Assembly: GCA_043766725.1 (NCBI GenBank)
Contig: JAYUHT010000254.1
Coordinates: 1 to 32,993, forward strand
DNA length: 32,993 nt
Origin: Burkholderiales bacterium
GTDB lineage: Bacteria; Pseudomonadota; Gammaproteobacteria; Burkholderiales; Burkholderiaceae_C
Reading direction: 5' to 3'
Made by a program: the position numbers and the translations under genes. The notes below the pieces were generated by a model. That model saw only the letters and a program-made list of their open reading frames with translations, had not been told where the DNA came from and ran no database searches. Shown here one piece after another: positions 9,292-18,214 of this stretch (positions are counted from its first letter, which is position 1; the number at the start of each line of letters is the position of its first letter).

Positions 9292-11583
9292 TCAAACCTT
9301 CAACGGCAAGCTGCGCAGGCGTTGCCCAGTGAGCGCAAACAGCGCATTGGCCAAGGCCGGCGCCAGCGGCGGCACGCCGGGTTCGCCCACGCCTTCGGGC
9401 GGCTCGCTGCTGGCCATGATGTGCGTCTCAATCGCCGGGCATTCATTCATGCGCAGCACGGGAGCGTCGTGGAAATTGCTTTCCTGCACCTGGCCGTTGA
9501 CGAGGTGGACTTCGCCGTACAGCGCCGCCGACAGGCCGAACACCACGGCACTTTCCATCTGCGCCTGGATGTTCAAGGGGTTCACCGCCAGCCCGCAATC
9601 AATGACGCAAACCACGCGGTGCACGCGGATGCGCTGGCCGGCGCCGGCGGGGGCGAGCGAGGCTTCCACCACCTGCGCCACCACGCTGCCAAAGCTTTGG
9701 TGCAGCGCCAGGCCGCGCGCCTTCTTCGCGCCGTCTTCGGCATCCGCCAGGGGCAGGCCCCAGCCGGCGGCCTGCGCGCAACGGCGCAGCACGGCCAGGT
9801 GGCGGGCGTGGCGCGGTTGCTGCAACAAGCTTTCGCGGAACGTTAGCGGGTCAACGCCGGCCGCCCCCGCCACTTCGTCGACGAAACATTCCTTGAAGAA
9901 AGCCTGGTGCGAATGGCCCACCGAGCGCCAAAACCCCACCGGCACGGGCAAGTCCACCATCACATGGCCCACACGCGCGGCGGGCCATTCATAGGGCTGG
10001 TCGAAGGCGCCTTCGGAGCTGGTCTTGTCGGGGCCAGCCCAGGGCAAACCGAGTGCTCGGCTCATGGCCTGCGGCAACACGGCCTGGCCGGCCGAGGTGT
10101 TGCGCCAGGCCACGAGCTGGCCTTTGCCATCCAGCCCCGCGGTGAAGCGCGACACGCAGGCCGGGCGGAAGAAATCATTCTTCAAGTCCTGCTCGCGCGA
10201 CCACAGTGTTTGCACCGGCGTGCCGGGCAGGGCTTGCGCCACCGCGGCGGCTTGCACGATGAAGTCAGTCTCCAGCCGACGGCCGAAACCACCGCCCAGC
10301 AGCATGACATTCATCAAGACGTTTTCTTCTTTCAGGCCGAGCTGCTTGGCCACACCGCTGCGCGCCAGGTCGGGCACTTGGGTGGGCGCCCACACCGTGG
10401 CGGCGCCTTCCTTCACCCATACCGTGCAGCAGTTGGGTTCCATCTGCTGGTGCGCCACGTAGGGCGCGCGGTACTCGGCGTTCAAGGTGCGCGCGGCGGT
10501 CTTGAGCGCGACGTCCACATCACCGTGCTTGTAGTAACCAAAGCCGTCGTCGGTGTCGATGGCGCGGCCTAAGGTTTCATACACGCCAGCGCTTGCAAAG
10601 GCAGCGGCCGGGCCGGCATCCCATTCCACCTTCAGCGCGGCCAGGGCCTTGATGGCTTGAATGCGCTGCTCGGCCACCACCGCCACCGCGCCGCTGGCGC
10701 CGCGCACCGGGGCCAGCGTCACCACTTTCTTCACGCCGGGCAGCTTCAGCGCGGCGGCCTCGTCCACCTTCGACACGCTGCCGCCGCGCGTGGGGCAGGC
10801 CAGCACGCTGGCATAGAGCATGTTGGGCAGCTTCACATCGAGCGTGTACAGCTCGCTGCCGTTGACCTTGGCCGCGGCCTCGTGGCGCAGCACCGGCGTG
10901 CCGATGAGCTTGAAAGCGCTGGCCGGTTTGAGCGCCGGCGCCTCGGGCACCGGCAGCGCGGCCGCGGCGCCCACCAGTTCGCCGTAGCTGGCCTGTTTAC
11001 CCGAGGCTCCCGAGGCATGCTTCACCACGCCGGCCTGCGCCACGCATTCAGCCACCGGCACCTGCCAGCGCGCCGCGGCCGCGGCCAGCAGCATTTCGCG
11101 CGCGCTGGCCCCGGCCTGGCGCAGCGGCAACCACAGGTCTTTCACGGTCGATGAGCCGCCGGTCATCATCACGCCCACTTCGCGCATGGACTTGGCGGTT
11201 AACCATTGCGCCAGGCGCTTGATCACGCCATCGTCGTCCGGGTGGAAGGGCAAGCCGTCGACCAGCGTGGCGATGTTGGCGTAGATCGGGTCGATGCCGC
11301 TGCCTTGTATCTGCACACGGGCCAGGTCGACTTCCAGCTCTTCGGCCAGCAGCATGGCCAGCGCGGTGTGCACGCCCTGGCCCATTTCGCTCTTGGGGCA
11401 GATCAGCCGCACCGACTCATCAGTGCCGATGCTGACCCAGCCGTTCAACGCCGTTTGCCAGGCCGCCGCGGCCACCGGTCGGCTCGCGCGCACGCGCTGG
11501 CGCGGCGGCAGCACCGACCAGCCCACCACGAGCGCGCCAACGGCGGCGAACGACCCCAACACGAACCGGCGCGTGGCGGCCAT
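9292..11583 (-). CDS. Xanthine dehydrogenase family molybdopterin-binding subunit (isoquinoline 1-oxidoreductase beta, IorB-like)
   Basis: SEMGQGVHT, TGGSSTV, LGGGFGRR, WRSVGHS, DCGLAVNP, GVGEPGVPP; N-terminal TRRFVL Tat-like signal. Confidence 0.92.
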   Translation of the reverse strand: MAATRRFVLGSFAAVGALVVGWSVLPPRQRVRASRPVAAAAWQTALNGWVSIGTDESVRLICPKSEMGQGVHTALAMLLAEELEVDLARVQIQGSGIDPIYANIATLVDGLPFHPDDDGVIKRLAQWLTAKSMREVGVMMTGGSSTVKDLWLPLRQAGASAREMLLAAAAARWQVPVAECVAQAGVVKHASGASGKQASYGELVGAAAALPVPEAPALKPASAFKLIGTPVLRHEAAAKVNGSELYTLDVKLPNMLYASVLACPTRGGSVSKVDEAAALKLPGVKKVVTLAPVRGASGAVAVVAEQRIQAIKALAALKVEWDAGPAAAFASAGVYETLGRAIDTDDGFGYYKHGDVDVALKTAARTLNAEYRAPYVAHQQMEPNCCTVWVKEGAATVWAPTQVPDLARSGVAKQLGLKEENVLMNVMLLGGGFGRRLETDFIVQAAAVAQALPGTPVQTLWSREQDLKNDFFRPACVSRFTAGLDGKGQLVAWRNTSAGQAVLPQAMSRALGLPWAGPDKTSSEGAFDQPYEWPAARVGHVMVDLPVPVGFWRSVGHSHQAFFKECFVDEVAGAAGVDPLTFRESLLQQPRHARHLAVLRRCAQAAGWGLPLADAEDGAKKARGLALHQSFGSVVAQVVEASLAPAGAGQRIRVHRVVCVIDCGLAVNPLNIQAQMESAVVFGLSAALYGEVHLVNGQVQESNFHDAPVLRMNECPAIETHIMASSEPPEGVGEPGVPPLAPALANALFALTGQRLRSLPLKV

Positions 11584-11586
11584 GGC

Positions 11587-12072
11587 TTACTCCTGCGCCG
11601 GCCGGCAGCGGTACATGCCCCAGCCTTGCATGTCCAGCACCACGTCGCCGTGCTGGTTGAGCGTTTGCGTTTGTGACTGCACCAGCCCGACGCCGGGGCG
11701 GCTGGCCATCAGGCGTGCTTGCAGCACCGTGCTGCGCACGCGCAGGGTGTCGCCCGGAAAAACCGGTTTGAGCCAGCGCAGGTTGTCCATGCCCGGCGAG
11801 CCCAGGCTGGCGCAGCGCAGCAACATGCCGCGCACCAGCATGCCCATGGTCATGGCGCAGGTGTGCCAGCCGCTGGCGCTGAGCCGGCCGAACAGCGAGG
11901 CCTGGGCCGCGGTGTCGTCAAGGTGAAAGGGTTGCGGGTCGTACTGGGCGGCGAAGGCCAGCGCCTCTTCGCGCGTGACTTGTTGCTGGCCGAACTCGCG
12001 CACCGTGCCGACGGCAAAGTCTTCCCAGTACAGAAGGGCGCTATCGGGGGCGGTGTCGGGCGGGTTGTTCAT
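11587..12072 (-). CDS. MaoC family dehydratase
   Basis: YWEDF, FAAQYDPQPFHLD, ASGWHT, LRWLKPVFPGDTL, NQHGDVV; ATG 12072 chosen. Confidence 0.9.
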   Translation of the reverse strand: MNNPPDTAPDSALLYWEDFAVGTVREFGQQQVTREEALAFAAQYDPQPFHLDDTAAQASLFGRLSASGWHTCAMTMGMLVRGMLLRCASLGSPGMDNLRWLKPVFPGDTLRVRSTVLQARLMASRPGVGLVQSQTQTLNQHGDVVLDMQGWGMYRCRPAQE

Positions 12073-12082
12073 GGGCTGGATG

Positions 12083-12115
12083 GTGCAGGTTGTGCAGGTT
12101 GTGCAGGTTGTGCAG
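12083..12115. repeat. 9-bp tandem repeat (GTGCAGGTT) x about 3.7
   Basis: Read directly; lies 11 bp upstream of the maoC start, in the divergent intergenic region. Confidence 0.9.
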
Positions 12116-12251
12116 CCCAGGATAGCCCCAGGCGCAGCGCCGGCGCCGGCGGCGCTGCCGAATTCACGCCTGCCCAGGCGGCCGCACCGTGCAGGGCTCA
12201 AGCGCGCCCGGGCCATGCCGACATTGCCTTGCCAATGTCTCACTCCCCATC

Positions 12252-14429
12252 ATGATGCGGCCCACCGACCAAAGCTCCGACGAGCGCCTTGCCGAGCCTT
12301 TGGCCAGCGACGACAGCTTGCGTCCGCTGGCCGCTGCCCTGCTGCGCGAAACCCCGCTGCAAGCCGGGCTGGCCGCTGGGCTGGCCTTGTTGCTGGCGCT
12401 GTGCCTGCACGGTTTTTACCCGGGTGATGCGCCTTGGGCGTGGTGCCTGGCCGTGCTGGCGCTGCAAGGCGTTCGCGCTGCTGCGGCCTGGCTGGCCGAG
12501 CGCCGCGACACCCCGCCTGATGCCAACCTGGTGCTCAAGGCCAGCGCCTTCGGCCTGCTGGCCACGGCGCTGCCCTGGGCGGCCTTGCCGCTGCTGGCGT
12601 TCTCACGCTTCGACCCGCCCGGCCACGGCCTGGCCTTGCTGGCCATGGCCGCGGCCACCCTGGCCGCCACACCCTGGCAGGAACGGCTGCGCCATGCCGC
12701 GTATGCCCACGCCGCGTTGTGCCTGGTGCCAGGCAGCCTGTGGATTCTGTTGAGCGGCCTGGGCGCCGAGCGCCTGGTGGGCGTGGGCGGCCTGGCCTGT
12801 TTGGGCCTGGCCTGCGCCGGCGTGCGCATGAGTGGGCCGCATGGCCGCCAACTGCTGCGCGTGTTGCGCGAGGCCCAGCGCCTGGTGGCCAGTGAAGCGC
12901 GCAGCGCGCGCCAGCTCGAGCGCGTGGTGCTGCAACTCGGTGAGGCGCAAAAGGCACTGCTGACGCACAAGGCCATGCTGGTGAACCCGCAGGCCGATGC
13001 CCACGCGGCGGCGATTGAAAAGCGCTCGCGCGATCTGGAGCAGCGCACGCTGGAGCTGGCCCGCCAAGCCGTGACCGACCCGCTCACCGGGCTGCCCAAC
13101 CGCAAAGGCATCAATGAACACCTGAGTGAACTGCTGGGCGCGCACGACCACATCGCGCCGGTGCTGGCCCATGAGCTGGGGCAGGAACCCACGCTGGCCC
13201 TGCTGTTCCTGGATCTGGATCACTTCAAGGAAGTCAACGACCTGATGGGCCACCTGGCCGGCGACTCGGTGCTCAAGGTGGTGGCCGAACGGTTGCGTGA
13301 AAACATGCCGCGCGGCGCCTTCGCGGCGCGTTGGGGCGGTGATGAATTCGTCGTGCTATTACCCGGCACGCGCCGCGCCGACCAGGCCAAGCGCGTGGCC
13401 GAACACCTGCGCGTGGCGCTGTCGGTGCCGGTGCAACTGGAAGAGCGCGTGGCGCGCATCGGCTGCTGCGTGGGCATTGCGCTGGCGCCGCAACATGGCA
13501 GCACGCCCGAGGCCTTGATCATCGCTGCCGACCACGCCGTGTACGCCGCCAAGGCCGAGGGCAGTGGCAAGGTGCGCCTGTTCGATGCCCGGCTGGCCGA
13601 AGCGGCCGAGCGCCAGCACGAGATTGCGCAGGCCCTGCCCGAGGCGGTGGAACTGGGCCAGCTCTCGGTGGCCTACCAGCCCATCGTCAGCGCCGAAGAC
13701 GGCGAAGCCACGCATGTGGAGGCGCTGAGCCGCTGGCGCCACCCGCATTGGGGCGCGGTGTCGCCGGCCGAATTCATTCCGGTGGCTGAAGCCAGTGGCT
13801 TGATTCACACCATCGGCCGCTGGGTGTTGCGCCAGGCTTGCACCGATGCTGCACGCTGGCCGGGCGCCAATCCGCCGAAAGTGAGCGTTAACGTTTCAGC
13901 CATGCAAGTGACCGGTGGGCGGCTGCTGGCGCAGGTGCGCGAGGCACTGGCCACATCGCACCTGCCGGCCAGCCGGCTGGTGATCGAACTCACAGAGAGC
14001 CTGCCCATGGCCGGGCGCGACGGCGTGGATGCCACGCTGAAGGAACTGCGCAACCTGGGCGTCACATTGGCCATCGACGACTTCGGCACCGGCTACTCGT
14101 CGATGGTGTCGCTGAAAAACCAGCCGCTGTCGCTGATCAAGGTTGACCGCTCGTTCGTGCAAGACGTGCCCGGCGAAGGCGAGCTGCTGATCAAGGCCAC
14201 GGTGGATGTGGCGCGCTGCTTCGGCCTGAAGGTGGTGGCCGAGGGCGTTGAAACCCGCGCCCAGCAACTGCGCTTGCGCGCCCTGGGCGTGGACTACATG
14301 CAAGGCTATTTGTTCGGCCGGCCGATGCCGAACAACGAGTTCGTGGCCTGGCTGGCGCTGCGCGATACCAGCCTGCCTTCGGTGGCGCTGCGCGACACCA
14401 GCAACGTCACGCTGGCGCTGCGCGCTTGA
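12252..14429 (+). CDS. Membrane-anchored diguanylate cyclase/phosphodiesterase (GGDEF-EAL)
   Basis: Several N-terminal hydrophobic helices; DPLTGLPNR, DLDHFKEVND, RWGGDEF; EAL, ELTE, DDFGTGYSS, AEGVE, QGYLFGRP. Confidence 0.93.
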   Translation: MMRPTDQSSDERLAEPLASDDSLRPLAAALLRETPLQAGLAAGLALLLALCLHGFYPGDAPWAWCLAVLALQGVRAAAAWLAERRDTPPDANLVLKASAFGLLATALPWAALPLLAFSRFDPPGHGLALLAMAAATLAATPWQERLRHAAYAHAALCLVPGSLWILLSGLGAERLVGVGGLACLGLACAGVRMSGPHGRQLLRVLREAQRLVASEARSARQLERVVLQLGEAQKALLTHKAMLVNPQADAHAAAIEKRSRDLEQRTLELARQAVTDPLTGLPNRKGINEHLSELLGAHDHIAPVLAHELGQEPTLALLFLDLDHFKEVNDLMGHLAGDSVLKVVAERLRENMPRGAFAARWGGDEFVVLLPGTRRADQAKRVAEHLRVALSVPVQLEERVARIGCCVGIALAPQHGSTPEALIIAADHAVYAAKAEGSGKVRLFDARLAEAAERQHEIAQALPEAVELGQLSVAYQPIVSAEDGEATHVEALSRWRHPHWGAVSPAEFIPVAEASGLIHTIGRWVLRQACTDAARWPGANPPKVSVNVSAMQVTGGRLLAQVREALATSHLPASRLVIELTESLPMAGRDGVDATLKELRNLGVTLAIDDFGTGYSSMVSLKNQPLSLIKVDRSFVQDVPGEGELLIKATVDVARCFGLKVVAEGVETRAQQLRLRALGVDYMQGYLFGRPMPNNEFVAWLALRDTSLPSVALRDTSNVTLALRA

Positions 14430-14430
14430 G

Positions 14431-14467
14431 GCACCTGAGCACCTGAGCACCTGAGCACCGAGCACCC
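14431..14467. repeat. 8-bp tandem repeat (GCACCTGA) x3 plus two degenerate copies
   Basis: Read directly; fills the gap between two convergent stop codons. Confidence 0.9.
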
Positions 14468-14473
14468 GCGCAT

Positions 14474-14713
14474 TCAAACCGCACTGCGCCGTGCGGTGCA
14501 TGCCCAGTCCACCCACCAGCCCAACGGCAGGGCGTTGACGACTTCTTGGGGCCGCTCGAATTCGGTCACCTGCAGTCCGGCTTGCAGCTCGTGGCTGGAA
14601 TCGAACCAGCCGCAGCAGGGCGCGGCACCGTCTTCGCCCTGCAGGGCCGGCAGCACGTCGTCCAGGACTTGGGCCTGGTATTCGGCGCGGGGGGTGCGGG
14701 TGAACAGTCTCAT
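14474..14713 (-). CDS. Small hypothetical protein (79 aa)
   Basis: Strong RBS GAGGAG before ATG; fills the intergenic gap; contains CCGWFDSSHELQAGLQVTE. Confidence 0.7.
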   Translation of the reverse strand: MRLFTRTPRAEYQAQVLDDVLPALQGEDGAAPCCGWFDSSHELQAGLQVTEFERPQEVVNALPLGWWVDWACTARRSAV

Positions 14714-14850
14714 GGCGGTGCTCCTCGGTCAGGTGATCAACAGCGTGCCGGCATGGTGCTGCGCCAGCCTGGTTCGGGCCATCACCCCGGCGGTGGTATC
14801 GCGGGGGCCCCACCTTCGGGGGAGCCCTGGCTTCATGCCAAGATCGCCCC

Positions 14851-15585
14851 ATGTGTGGACGCTACGTGGTCGCCTACGACCCGCAAACCCTGGTCAGCGG
14901 CTTCAGCCTGACGCGCATTGCGCCGTTCCCGCCGCGCTTCAACGTGGCACCGATGTCGGTGGTGCCGGTGGTCTACGAAAGCCGCGACGGCGAACGCGTG
15001 GGCGAACTGATGCGCTGGGGCCTGCTGCCTTCCTGGGCCAAGGCGCCGGCGCTGGCGGCCAAGCTGAACAACGCGCGGGCCGAAAGCGTGGCCGAAAAAC
15101 CGTCATTCCGCCAGGCCTTCCGGCGCCGGCGCTGCCTGTTGCCGGCCAGCGGGTACTACGAGTGGCAGGCAAGACCGAACGGAAAACAGCCCTGGTACAT
15201 CACGCCAAACGTTAACGCAGGCGAGTTGCCGCTGTTCGCCATGGCCGGCCTGTTCGAAGCCTGGCGCGCACCGGGTGCCGCTGAGCACGACCCCTGGCTG
15301 CTCACCACCTGTGTCATCACCACCGCGGCGAATGCCGCATTGGCACCCGTTCACGACCGCATGCCGGTGATGATCGAGCGCGCACACTGGGCGCGCTGGC
15401 TGGCGCGCGAGCAGCAAGACGGCAGCGCGCTGCAAGACCTGCTGCACCCGGCGCCCGATGGCAGCGTGCAGGCCCAGCCCGTTTCACGCGTCGTGAACCA
15501 CGGCAGCGCAGAAGGGCCGGAGCTGATCTTGCCCATCACTTTGCCCATCACTCTACCCATCACGCTGACGGCTTCAAACCCATAA
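14851..15585 (+). CDS. SOS response-associated peptidase (SRAP/YedK/HMCES family abasic-site protein)
   Basis: N-terminal MCGRY (catalytic Cys2), FNVAP, MRWGL, NARAES, RRCLLPASGYYEW, HDRMPV. Confidence 0.95.
   Translation: MCGRYVVAYDPQTLVSGFSLTRIAPFPPRFNVAPMSVVPVVYESRDGERVGELMRWGLLPSWAKAPALAAKLNNARAESVAEKPSFRQAFRRRRCLLPASGYYEWQARPNGKQPWYITPNVNAGELPLFAMAGLFEAWRAPGAAEHDPWLLTTCVITTAANAALAPVHDRMPVMIERAHWARWLAREQQDGSALQDLLHPAPDGSVQAQPVSRVVNHGSAEGPELILPITLPITLPITLTASNP
15529..15564 (+). repeat. In-frame 12-bp tandem repeat encoding LPIT x3
   Basis: TTGCCCATCACT TTGCCCATCACT CTACCCATCACG at the SRAP C-terminus. Confidence 0.85.
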
Positions 15586-15607
15586 CACTCATTTTGAGAG
15601 GACCACC

Positions 15608-16591
15608 ATGTTCAAAGCCCTGTTAATCGAGAAAGACGAGGCCGGCTACCGCGCTGGCGTGAAAGACATTGATGAAGCCCTGTTGAGCGCGGGCGACGTG
15701 ACGGTGCGCGTGGCCTACTCCACGCTGAACTACAAAGACGGCCTGGCCATCACCGGCAAGGCCCCCGTGGTGCGCAAGTTCCCCATGGTGGCTGGCATCG
15801 ACTTGGCGGGCAGCGTGGAAGAAAGTGCCCATGCCGGCTTCAAGCCAGGCGACAAGGTGCTGCTCAACGGCTTTGGCGTGGGCGAAGGGCACAGCGGCGG
15901 CCTGGCGCAGCGCGCGCGGGTGAAGGGCGACTGGCTGCTGGCGCTGCCGGCAGGCTTGAGCGAACGCCAGGCGATGGTGATCGGCACGGCCGGCTACACC
16001 GCCATGCTGTGCGTGATGAAGCTGCAAGGCCACGGCTGCAAGCCGGCCGACGGCGAGGTGCTGGTAACCGGCGCCAACGGCGGCGTGGGCAGCGTGGCCA
16101 TTGCGCTGCTGGCGCGCGCCGGCTTTCGCGTCGTGGCCAGCACCGGCCGCGTCGAGCAGGCTGATGCGCTCAAGGCGCTGGGTGCGGCCGAGGTCTTGCA
16201 CCGAGATGAATTCGCCAAGCCCGGCAAAGCGCTGGCCAAGGAGCGCTTTGCCGGGGTGGTGGATGCCGTGGGCAGCCACACCCTGGCCAATGCCTGTGCA
16301 GCCACCCGTTATGGCGGCGCGGTGGCGGCCTGCGGCCTGGCCCAGGGCTTGGATTTGCCCGCCAGCGTGGCGCCGTTCATCTTGCGCGGCGTCACGCTGT
16401 ATGGCGTCGACAGCGTCATGGCGCCCATGGCCGTGCGCCAGCAGGCCTGGGCGCGCTTGGCCAGCGAGTTCGACTTCGCGCGCTTCGCGCCCATGGTGCA
16501 TGAGATCAGCCTGCTTGAGGCCGTGGCCACGGCCGCCGAGCTGTTGGCCGGGCGGGTGCAGGGGCGCGTGGTGGTGGATGTGAACGCCTGA
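15608..16591 (+). CDS. acuI: Acrylyl-CoA reductase AcuI/YhdH family MDR oxidoreductase
   Basis: MFKALLIEK, YSTLNYKDGLA, IGTAGYTAML, VTGANGGVGS, VAPFILRGV, GRVVVD; RBS GAGGA. Confidence 0.9.
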   Translation: MFKALLIEKDEAGYRAGVKDIDEALLSAGDVTVRVAYSTLNYKDGLAITGKAPVVRKFPMVAGIDLAGSVEESAHAGFKPGDKVLLNGFGVGEGHSGGLAQRARVKGDWLLALPAGLSERQAMVIGTAGYTAMLCVMKLQGHGCKPADGEVLVTGANGGVGSVAIALLARAGFRVVASTGRVEQADALKALGAAEVLHRDEFAKPGKALAKERFAGVVDAVGSHTLANACAATRYGGAVAACGLAQGLDLPASVAPFILRGVTLYGVDSVMAPMAVRQQAWARLASEFDFARFAPMVHEISLLEAVATAAELLAGRVQGRVVVDVNA

Positions 16592-16733
16592 GCGGCTTGA
16601 GTGAACGCCTGATCGGCGCACTTTGCAGTTCATCGCGGCATAGCGGCGGCTCGTCGCAAGGCGCTGGCGGGGGCAAGGGTCGATCTCTAGAGTTCACTTC
16701 ATCGACACCCGCAACCCCCTTCAGGAGCGCCGC

Positions 16734-16895
16734 ATGAACACCCCCTTCACCTCACACGTTGCTGCCAAGTTCACCGCCTTCGGCCTGGCCGCGATGGTGA
16801 CGCTGAGCATCCTGGCCAGCCTGAACGGGCTGGCCGGTGCCGAGCACGCCGCCGCGCAGCAAATGGCCCAGCAGCAGGCCGCACAGCCCGTCTGA
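16734..16895 (+). CDS. Small protein (53 aa) with hydrophobic signal/TM segment and Gln/Ala-rich tail; not in the ORF track
   Basis: RBS AGGAG 16723-16727; MNTPFTSHVAAKFTAFGLAAMVTLSILASLNGLAGAEHAAAQQMAQQQAAQPV; GC3-rich codons; followed by a terminator. Confidence 0.72.
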   Translation: MNTPFTSHVAAKFTAFGLAAMVTLSILASLNGLAGAEHAAAQQMAQQQAAQPV

Positions 16896-16918
16896 CGCCC
16901 TGCCCCTGGCGCCATTTC

Positions 16919-16951
16919 GCGCCCGCCGGCTCACGCCCGTGGGCGCTTTTT
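16919..16951 (+). terminator. Putative rho-independent terminator
   Basis: Stem GCGCCCGCCGGC-TCAC-GCCCGTGGGCGC (one G-U pair, one mismatch) followed by TTTTT. Confidence 0.65.
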
Positions 16952-16984
16952 CGCTAAGCTCCGCGGCGCACACAGGAGCAGCGC

Positions 16985-17263
16985 ATGAAAGCCATCTGGA
17001 ACGGCGTGGTGATCGCCGAGAGCAACGACACCGTGGTGGTGGAAGGCAACCACTACTTCCCGCCCGCCAGCGTGAAGGCCGAGTACCTGGCCTTCAGCAA
17101 CCACCGCAGCGGCTGCCCCTGGAAGGGCCAGGCGCGCTATCACAGCCTGCTGGTCAACGGCGAGCTGAACCCCGACGCCGTTTGGTATTACCCCGAGCCC
17201 ACCGAAGCCGCCGCCAACATCAAGGACCGGCTGGCGTTCTGGAAGGGTGTGAAGGTGGCGTGA
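16985..17263 (+). CDS. DUF427 domain protein
   Basis: MKAIWNGVVIAES, VEGNHYFP, CPWKG, AVWYYPEP, AFWKGV; RBS AGGAG. Confidence 0.93.
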   Translation: MKAIWNGVVIAESNDTVVVEGNHYFPPASVKAEYLAFSNHRSGCPWKGQARYHSLLVNGELNPDAVWYYPEPTEAAANIKDRLAFWKGVKVA

Positions 17264-17282
17264 CGCCCTTCGGGCCGCGGCC

Positions 17283-18146
17283 TCAAGCCAGCCGCCCGGC
17301 CTGGAAGTCTTCCACGGCCTGCATCAGCTCGTCGCGCGTGTTCATCACGAAGGGGCCGTGTTGCGCGATCGGCTCGTTCAGCGGCTGCCCGGCAATCAGG
17401 ATGGCGCGCGCGCCCTCGGGCCCGGCCTGCAGCGCCACGCCGTCGCTGCCCGGCATGTTGGCGAAGATGGCCATGCGCTGGCGCGCCACCTCACGCTCAC
17501 CCACCTTCAGCGCGCCGCGGTAAACGTAGACAAAGGCGTTGTGCGTGGCCGGCAGGGCTTGCTCGAAGTTAACGCCGGGCTCCAGGTGAAGATCGAGGTA
17601 CAGCGGCTGCGTGTCATCGCGCTGCATGGCGCCGGCCACGCCCGCGGCCTGGCCGGCAATGACGCGCACGGTCAGGCCTTCGGCGTGCACTTCGGGGATC
17701 TCTTCAGTGGCGATGTCACGGTACCAGGGCGGCTGCATCTTGTTGCGCCCGGGCAGGTTGAGCCAAAGCTGAAAACCTTCCATGCGGCCTTCTTCTTGCT
17801 CGGGCATTTCGCTGTGGATGACGCCGCGCCCGGCGGTCATCCACTGCACGCTGCCGGGCACCAGCAGGCCCACGTTGCCGGCCGAGTCGCGGTGGCGCAT
17901 GCGGCCGTTGAGCATGTAGGTGACGGTTTCGAAGCCGCGGTGCGGGTGGTCAGGAAAGCCTCCGATGTAGTCGCCCGGGTTGTCGGTGCCGAAGGCATCG
18001 AGCATCAGGAACGGGTCGAGCCGGCGCTGCAGGTCTTGCGTCAGCACGCGGGTGAGCTTGACGCCCGCACCATCGCTGGTGGCCTGGCCGGTGACCAGGC
18101 GTTCAACACTGCGCGGGTTTTTCAGGGGGGTGGCGGTGGTGTTCAT
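17283..18146 (-). CDS. Pirin family protein
   Basis: LDPFLMLD, GFPDHPHRGFETVTY, QWMTAGRGVIHSE, FQLWLNLP, GPFVMNT. Confidence 0.95.
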   Translation of the reverse strand: MNTTATPLKNPRSVERLVTGQATSDGAGVKLTRVLTQDLQRRLDPFLMLDAFGTDNPGDYIGGFPDHPHRGFETVTYMLNGRMRHRDSAGNVGLLVPGSVQWMTAGRGVIHSEMPEQEEGRMEGFQLWLNLPGRNKMQPPWYRDIATEEIPEVHAEGLTVRVIAGQAAGVAGAMQRDDTQPLYLDLHLEPGVNFEQALPATHNAFVYVYRGALKVGEREVARQRMAIFANMPGSDGVALQAGPEGARAILIAGQPLNEPIAQHGPFVMNTRDELMQAVEDFQAGRLA

Positions 18147-18214
18147 GGCCGCAATGGTGGCACCTTGTGCGCACCCTGGTTGGCGCGGGGGTTTGATGGC
18201 TCAGGTTAAAGGGG

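Noticed and set aside
12083-14467. CRISPR array from the short repeats
   Set aside because: Units are 8-9 bp, contiguous, with no spacers and no cas genes.
14714-14850. LexA box upstream of SRAP
   Set aside because: No CTGT-N8-ACAG match found by eye.
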